Below, in pieces: positions 59,280 to 64,000 of a stretch of DNA of 64,000 bases. Origin of the DNA: Deltaproteobacteria bacterium (GTDB lineage Bacteria; Desulfobacterota; Desulfobulbia; Desulfobulbales; JAGXFP01); assembly GCA_020056965.1 (NCBI GenBank), contig JAGVGT010000021.1:30717-94716 (forward strand), given 5' to 3'. The stretch's first letter is position 1. Every line of letters begins with the position of its first letter. The notes beneath the pieces are model-generated. The model was not told the origin of the DNA. It did no database searches and worked only from the letters and a program-made list of their open reading frames with translations. The position numbers were made by a program, and so were the translations under genes.

Positions 59280-59763
59280 TGGCGTTCTTGAGGCGGGTGC
59301 CGATGATTACCGCCAAGGCGCGGTATACACTCAGACCAATCTGGGGAGAGGTGGTCAGCAGGTGATCCAGGTCGGTTCGGGAAATGGCGTAGATATCGGT
59401 GGGCTCAACAGCCATGGCTGAGGCGGAGCGGGGTGAGTCGTCCAGCAGGGCAAGTTCTCCGAAAAAGTCGCCGGGATTCAGGGTGGCGACGATGGTTTCG
59501 CGGCTGTCCGGGCCGTAATCAATGATGTTGACCTTGCCGGTTTTGATGATGAACATGGCGGCGCCCGGCTGCCCCTTGAGGAAGACAAATTCACCGTCCT
59601 GATAGGTTCGGTGGTGAATGATGCCGGAGAGGTTTCGCAGTTCCCGCCTGGATAGCGCGGCAAACAGTGGTGAGTTGCCCAGAGAATCGAGCATCGTGCG
59701 GGTTCGGTCATGGTCGCCACGGTGGAAGACGGTGATCCACAACGGGTGATTTTTTCTGATCAT
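59257..59763 (-). CDS. Stand-alone cyclic-nucleotide-binding (CAP effector) domain protein
   Basis: 168 aa with FLKGQPGAAMFIIKTGKV…GDFFGELALLDDSPRSASAMA, the cNMP-binding signature, and no HTH. Its 3-prime end overlaps the AI-2E gene start by 23 nt. Confidence 0.8.
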   Translation of the reverse strand: MIRKNHPLWITVFHRGDHDRTRTMLDSLGNSPLFAALSRRELRNLSGIIHHRTYQDGEFVFLKGQPGAAMFIIKTGKVNIIDYGPDSRETIVATLNPGDFFGELALLDDSPRSASAMAVEPTDIYAISRTDLDHLLTTSPQIGLSVYRALAVIIGTRLKNANVQLSEQ

Positions 59764-59908
59764 CGTGGTCTTCCTTGTTGCCGGACGGCGAATTCAGCGT
59801 AAGGCCTACCCGGTAAGGCTGATTTTATCCGGGGTGATAAATTCCCCACGGCCCCATCGTTTGAGTAAATTTGGTCAGGAGTAACCGCATCGGCTCCATC
59901 TTGCCCGA

Positions 59909-60892
59909 TTACGCGTAAGCCTGCAAGGCCTTCTGTAGTTCCTCCTGCAGGTCGGCGGCAAGTTCCGGCGGCGCCAAGACCTTTACCCCGGCGCCCCAGG
60001 ATAACACCCAACGTTTGACCTCGAAGAGATGATTGCTGGTGAAGGAGAGCAGTATTCCCCCGTCTGCCTGTCTCTCTAAAGCCTGGTCTCGGTGCCACTC
60101 CCTTTCCTCGACATAGGGGCGATGTTGCGGTGAAAAGAGAATCTTCACCACAAAATCGCGATCTCCTTGAAAGATCCCGAAATGGTGACCGGAAAATTTT
60201 TCGAAAGAGAACTCGGCGGGGATGACGAAGTCCTCACCACTGGTCCGAACCGCTCTGACCCTGGAGATGGCGAAGGTCCGGACTTCCCTGCGTAGATGAC
60301 AGTGGCCGATCAGGTACCACTCGCCCTGGAAGCTCACGATGTGATAGGGATCGACCAGTCGGTCGCTGCCGTCTTCATCCCCTGGTTTGAGATAATGGAT
60401 GGCAAGCTGGCGGCCGTGGCGTAAGCCTTCGGCAACTTTGTCCCAGATCGTCGGATCAATGGCCGAGCGACTTTCCGGGAATACCGTCATCCGCTCATCC
60501 ACCCAGGCTGGGTCCACCGAAATGCGTTCCGGCAGGGATGCCTCAATTTTTTTGAACACCGAGGCCAACTTGTGATAGAGAGGGCTGTTCTCGTACTGGC
60601 GGAGGGTTTTGCGAGCCAAGGAGATCGCGAACAGGTCGCTTTCGCTGATATGCATGGCCGGCAGGCTGTAGCTGGCTTCGGTGTAAAGATAGCCGTAACG
60701 CCGGCAATCGTAGGCTATGGGAGCGTCGCACTGGTTTTTTAGATAGTCGATATCCCGCCTGATGCTCTTGGCGCTTACCTCGTAGGCGGTGGCCATAGTG
60801 GCGCAGTTGGCCAGTCGGCCGCTGTGCATGCCGTCCCGGATCATGCGGTCGATGAAGATCAGTCGTTGTAGCTGGGCTTTATTACCGGTCAT
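59909..60892 (-). CDS. WYL-domain transcriptional regulator (HTH, WYL, C-terminal extension)
   Basis: 327 aa with an N-terminal wHTH (VSAKSIRRDIDYLK) and the WYL core (DPYHIVSFQGEWYLIGHCHLRREVRTFAISRV). Confidence 0.85.
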   Translation of the reverse strand: MTGNKAQLQRLIFIDRMIRDGMHSGRLANCATMATAYEVSAKSIRRDIDYLKNQCDAPIAYDCRRYGYLYTEASYSLPAMHISESDLFAISLARKTLRQYENSPLYHKLASVFKKIEASLPERISVDPAWVDERMTVFPESRSAIDPTIWDKVAEGLRHGRQLAIHYLKPGDEDGSDRLVDPYHIVSFQGEWYLIGHCHLRREVRTFAISRVRAVRTSGEDFVIPAEFSFEKFSGHHFGIFQGDRDFVVKILFSPQHRPYVEEREWHRDQALERQADGGILLSFTSNHLFEVKRWVLSWGAGVKVLAPPELAADLQEELQKALQAYA

Positions 60893-60952
60893 GGCTCCGT
60901 ACTCTCCGTCGGTATCGAAAAAAATATCCCGCCCATAAAAAAACCTCTGCCC

Positions 60953-60971
60953 TGGGACAGCGGTTGTCCCA
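60953..60971. promoter_or_regulatory. Candidate operator: perfect 7-bp inverted repeat TGGGACA-N5-TGTCCCA in the divergent promoter region
   Basis: Read directly from the sequence. It lies 61 nt upstream of the WYL gene start and overlaps a plausible plus-strand promoter, TTGTCC-N17-TATGTC (60964-60992). Confidence 0.45.
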
Positions 60972-61028
60972 CCCTTAACGTTATCCTATGTCCGAAATCT
61001 GGTCAAAACATTAATTCGGAGGAAGGTC

Positions 61029-61229
61029 ATGGAACGAAGTGGTTACTGGCGGAGCTACACCAAGGGCTGGGATAAGGAAAAGCGGGTCTGGCATCCCATT
61101 GATCTGGACGAAAAGAGCGGGGCCTTTGCCGCATCGCCGCCGGTCTACTATTGTGGGCGGTTCCTGCAAATGGAGAACTATCTGGCGGTACCGACCTTTC
61201 TGCGGCTCGGACGCCGACTGGCCGTCTGA
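61029..61229 (+). CDS. Small hypothetical protein (66 aa)
   Basis: The ATG is preceded by GGAGG at a 5-nt spacing. Codon usage looks coding-like. The gene is divergent from the WYL regulator. No family recognised. Confidence 0.5.
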   Translation: MERSGYWRSYTKGWDKEKRVWHPIDLDEKSGAFAASPPVYYCGRFLQMENYLAVPTFLRLGRRLAV

Positions 61230-61340
61230 GCCGCAGAAAGGCCGGCAGATTCGGGTTTATCTCCGGAGTTGGAACTGCTATGCTCGCGAAGTGCGGCACG
61301 GCAGCCGGCCGGAGACCGGGACAGAGAAGGGGAGGAAGCG

Positions 61341-61691
61341 GTGGAAAATTTCGAGGAACAGTGGAACCTGGAGATGGCATTGGCGGTGCTGGGCAGCGAA
61401 ACTGTCGATGGTGGCCTGTGGGCCGAGGCGGTTAAGTGGCTCCTGCTCTATGGGCCGCCGGGCCTGCACGAGGTGCTGGCCGCCGCCTCATCAGCTTCCT
61501 TTGCCCAGTGTTTCCCCGGGGTGCGGGTCAGCGGCCATGGTGACTCCGGCCAACCGTATTACGCGATTGCCGATCTGGCCGAGGCCCTAGGCGTTCCGGT
61601 CGCGGAGGCCGCCGAACGATTGGTCGAACTGCAGTCCACCCTCGGGGTCGAATTCCTGGTGGAAGCTGACCGGGTTTACAAGGTTAACTGA
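61341..61691 (+). CDS. Small hypothetical protein (116 aa from GTG)
   Basis: GTG at 61341 after GGGGAGGAAGCG. It is in the same frame as 61029..61229. A possible HTH-like stretch is present (YYAIADLAEALGVPVAEAAERL). No family recognised. Confidence 0.5.
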   Translation: MENFEEQWNLEMALAVLGSETVDGGLWAEAVKWLLLYGPPGLHEVLAAASSASFAQCFPGVRVSGHGDSGQPYYAIADLAEALGVPVAEAAERLVELQSTLGVEFLVEADRVYKVN

Positions 61692-61743
61692 GGTCCGGCG
61701 GGGCGGGCAATTCTTCCCGCTCCGCCGGTCGGTCGTCTGCTTC

Positions 61744-62697
61744 TCAATCGAGCAGCCTTTTCTGGCCGGTCAGTTTCTGCAGCCGGCCGATTTCCTGGGT
61801 GACCTCCAGTATCCCCAGGTATTCCCCTTCATCTCTGTAGACCGGAAAGTAGCGGATCAGCACCTTTTCGCCGCGGAAATCGATCCAGAACTCGGCGGTC
61901 TCCATGGTTCGGTTCTTGAACCCCTCGACGATCTGGGCCACCATATGCACGCTTTTTTCCGGATGGCATTTGTCCACCTTACGGCCGATGACCGAGCGGG
62001 TACGGGGAAAGATCTTTTCTTTGTCCAACCGGTTGAAATAGGCCACGGTGTCGGCGTCGTCCACGAAGGTGACCTCGAAGGGCAGGGTCTCCATGATCGC
62101 GTGCAGCTGCAGGTAGGAAAGGTTTTCAATCAATCTCCCCTTTTTGCTCGTGCCGCCTTCCACCTCACCGACCATGGTGGTGAATTTCTCCCAGGCCTCC
62201 GGCCCGTACGCATCAAGATTGATCTTTCGGCACTCTTCCAGAAGTTTTTCGGCGTCTCCTGCCCGCATGACCTGACGGGCCATGGGATAGAGGATATCGT
62301 TTTCCTTCCAGATGTGTTCGGCCCGGATCTTCAGATATTCCAGACCTTCGCGACGGAATTTGCTGACCACCTCTGGCGCGGCCTTGCCCAGTCCGGCCAG
62401 GCTGGCCGCCATCTGCTGGAGCAGCTGGCGCTCGGCCTGATGTTCCATGAGCATGACCCCGAGGGGGCCGCCCTGTGAGGGGATGCCTCGCTCCTGCATG
62501 AGCGGGAAGAGAAATTCTTCTTCCTTGCGGTTGTGGATTTTGTCGCCGAACTCCATAAGAAAATCGAGGGCCCGGCCGATCTGGAGCTGGTCGCCGGCGG
62601 GCAGCTCTTCCAGGTTGGTTTTCAGGACTGCCATGGCCCGTTCGATCAGTTCATGTTCGGCGATTAGAAAATCGTCCCATCTGGTGAATTCGCCCAT
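61744..62697 (-). CDS. Hemerythrin-like domain, DUF438 and PAS-like domain protein
   Basis: The ATG at 62697 is preceded by GGAGG at a 5-nt spacing. N-terminal hemerythrin/HHE-like helices are present (IAEHELIERAM…MEHQAER). The DUF438 core reads LPFEVTFVDDADTVAYFN…KCHPEKSVH. Confidence 0.75.
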   Translation of the reverse strand: MGEFTRWDDFLIAEHELIERAMAVLKTNLEELPAGDQLQIGRALDFLMEFGDKIHNRKEEEFLFPLMQERGIPSQGGPLGVMLMEHQAERQLLQQMAASLAGLGKAAPEVVSKFRREGLEYLKIRAEHIWKENDILYPMARQVMRAGDAEKLLEECRKINLDAYGPEAWEKFTTMVGEVEGGTSKKGRLIENLSYLQLHAIMETLPFEVTFVDDADTVAYFNRLDKEKIFPRTRSVIGRKVDKCHPEKSVHMVAQIVEGFKNRTMETAEFWIDFRGEKVLIRYFPVYRDEGEYLGILEVTQEIGRLQKLTGQKRLLD

Positions 62698-62908
62698 CTG
62701 TGCCTCCAAATATTTGGGTTGCTTACGCAAGACTTCCGCCGGATTCCGATGGTTCGAATGCGTCCGGGCTATGGTCAAGCCATTATTCTGGCCCGAGGAA
62801 CTTGTTAAGGGCCTGATTTGATATTACTATGGCACACGATGCCGCGCGCCTGCCTTGATTTTAGTCAAGGAGGTCTTTTTTTTCAGAAAATTACCAGGCG
62901 GAAATGCC

Positions 62909-63433
62909 ATGAAGAAACACTACCTTGTCCCCATTATTATTCTGCTGTCGTTGGCGACCCTGCTGGCTGGCTGCGATCGCTCTCGCAAGGAGCCTGCCAC
63001 CTTTTCGAACACGGCCATCGGCAAACCGGCCCCGGATTTTGTGCTTAAGGACACCAAAGGCAAAACCTGGCATCTGGCCGAACTTAAAGGCAAGGTGGTG
63101 TTCGTCCATTTCTGGGCCACTTGGTGTCCGCCCTGTCGAGGAGAGTTGCCAGCCATACAGGCGTTGTCACCGTCGCTACCGCCGGAGGCCTTCCAGATTC
63201 TGGCCATTCTCAGCAACGATCAGGCCGAAGTGGCCGAGAAGTTTGCCGACGGGATTGGTTTCGCCGCGCCGATTCTGCTCGATCCGGAAAACCAGGCATC
63301 CAAGGCATACGGGACCACCGGGGTGCCGGAAACCTACATCGTTGATAAAAACGGCGTGCTGCGAGAGGCCATTATCGGTGCCATGGACTGGAATTCCCCG
63401 GCGGCCCGCCGAATGCTGGCCAACTATCTTTAG
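62909..63433 (+). CDS. TlpA/ResA-like thiol:disulfide oxidoreductase lipoprotein
   Basis: ATG at 62909. Signal peptide with a lipobox (LLAGC) and thioredoxin motif (FWATWCPPCRGELP). Confidence 0.85.
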   Translation: MKKHYLVPIIILLSLATLLAGCDRSRKEPATFSNTAIGKPAPDFVLKDTKGKTWHLAELKGKVVFVHFWATWCPPCRGELPAIQALSPSLPPEAFQILAILSNDQAEVAEKFADGIGFAAPILLDPENQASKAYGTTGVPETYIVDKNGVLREAIIGAMDWNSPAARRMLANYL

Positions 63434-63435
63434 GA

Positions 63436-64000
63436 ATGGCCACTCCGGTCGAGATTCTGACCTGCTACCGGGCTTTGGGCGATTATTGCGATGCTCTAGC
63501 GCAGCGGGTGCGGGAAAGGTTCGGAACGGCCTGGCAGTGCCGGGCCGGCTGCGGCGGCTGCTGCCAGCTGAGTACGGTCTGCGGTCTGGAGGCGGTGGCC
63601 CTCCTTCAGGCTGGGTTGGGGTCCCGATTTTCCGGTCAAATCGGGAGCGGAAATGGCCGCTGCTGTTTGCTTAGGGAAGATCGCTGTCTGGTCTACGAAC
63701 ACCGGCCGCTGATCTGCCGGACCCATGGTCTGCCTCTGGTCAGCGAGACCTTGACCGGGGGAGAAGTGGACTGCTGCCCCTTGAACCTGCCGGCCCTGGC
63801 GGAGGTTGCGGAGTTAGAGATGGACTTGGTCCTGAATCTGGACCGACTAACCGAAAATCTGATGCGCCTCAACCTGGCCTTTTTTCTGGTTCTGGGGCGA
63901 CCGGAACTGGCCGAGGCCCGATTCGCCTTGACCTCGCTGGTTTCCGGTGACAATCTGCCTCCGGAACTGCTGGCGGTAGCCGGGCTTTCCCAACCACCCT
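63436..64000 (+). CDS. YkgJ-family CxxCxxCC cysteine-cluster protein (partial, runs off the window)
   Basis: Hand translation from the ATG at 63436 gives MATPVEILTCYRALGDYCDAL…CRAGCGGCCQLS…CCLLREDRCLVYEHRPLICRTHG. There is no stop before position 64000. It is not in the track because it is open-ended. Confidence 0.65.
   Translation, partial: MATPVEILTCYRALGDYCDALAQRVRERFGTAWQCRAGCGGCCQLSTVCGLEAVALLQAGLGSRFSGQIGSGNGRCCLLREDRCLVYEHRPLICRTHGLPLVSETLTGGEVDCCPLNLPALAEVAELEMDLVLNLDRLTENLMRLNLAFFLVLGRPELAEARFALTSLVSGDNLPPELLAVAGLSQPP

Noticed and set aside
62741-62770. GGTTCGAATGCGTCCGGG resembling the 3-prime end of tRNA-Arg (GTTCGAATCATGCCGGG), considered as a distal att repeat bounding an island from 56.7 to 62.8 kb.
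   Set aside because: Only 8+5 matching positions. The string lies in the upstream part of the 61744..62778 track ORF, beyond the start I prefer at 62697. No integrase is present. It is most likely coincidence.
1-64000. Scan for CRISPR arrays, IS elements, transposases, integrases, rRNA, and phage structural or defence hallmark genes.
   Set aside because: No regularly spaced direct repeats were seen, and no ORF has transposase, integrase, Cas or restriction-modification motifs. The only mobility-related trace is the decayed toxin-antitoxin locus.

Overview
This is a 64-kb chromosomal window, mostly housekeeping genes. GC content is moderate to high: hand counts on single 60-nt lines range from about 27% to about 72%. 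Gene content suggests an anaerobic Desulfobacterota-like bacterium (NIL-ferredoxin, a DUF3365 heme sensor fused to GGDEF, PATAN/Roadblock, an ispDF fusion, many c-di-GMP parts), but that is inference only.

Secure calls:
- guaA, guaB, tsaC, and an rpsA-sppA-ihfB run.
- pcnB-bioB-bioF, mutM, gatC-gatA-hisC, cmk.
- A gap-rimI-pgk-tpiA-secG-tRNA-Leu string.
- tRNA-Met, then Nif3, a COG1579 zinc-ribbon protein and RNase P RNA.
- ispDF-aroD-aroE-aroA, pgi, cobO, dnaA, feoAB, tRNA-Arg.

I saw no transposase, integrase, CRISPR array or rRNA.

Places worth a second look:
1. A 1039-aa single ORF fusing a radical-SAM domain, an ArsM-like methyltransferase and a Cys-rich C-terminal module (20398-23517).
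2. The stretch downstream of tRNA-Arg. It holds an orphan protein, a cNMP-binding ORF that overlaps an AI-2E-type membrane protein, and a WYL regulator with a perfect inverted repeat in its divergent promoter. That promoter faces two small unknown ORFs joined in frame by one TGA buried in a 14-bp hairpin (56.7-61.7 kb).
3. A low-GC islet next to a decayed toxin gene. It encodes a degenerate-REC-PATAN-Roadblock protein, a Roadblock paralog and a mini-GNAT (1.1-3.7 kb).
4. A 49-aa, 9-Cys ORF absent from the supplied ORF track, with a near-consensus promoter (33031-33180).
5. A structured, terminator-capped spacer after tRNA-Met.

All family assignments come from reading motifs by eye. No database search was run.
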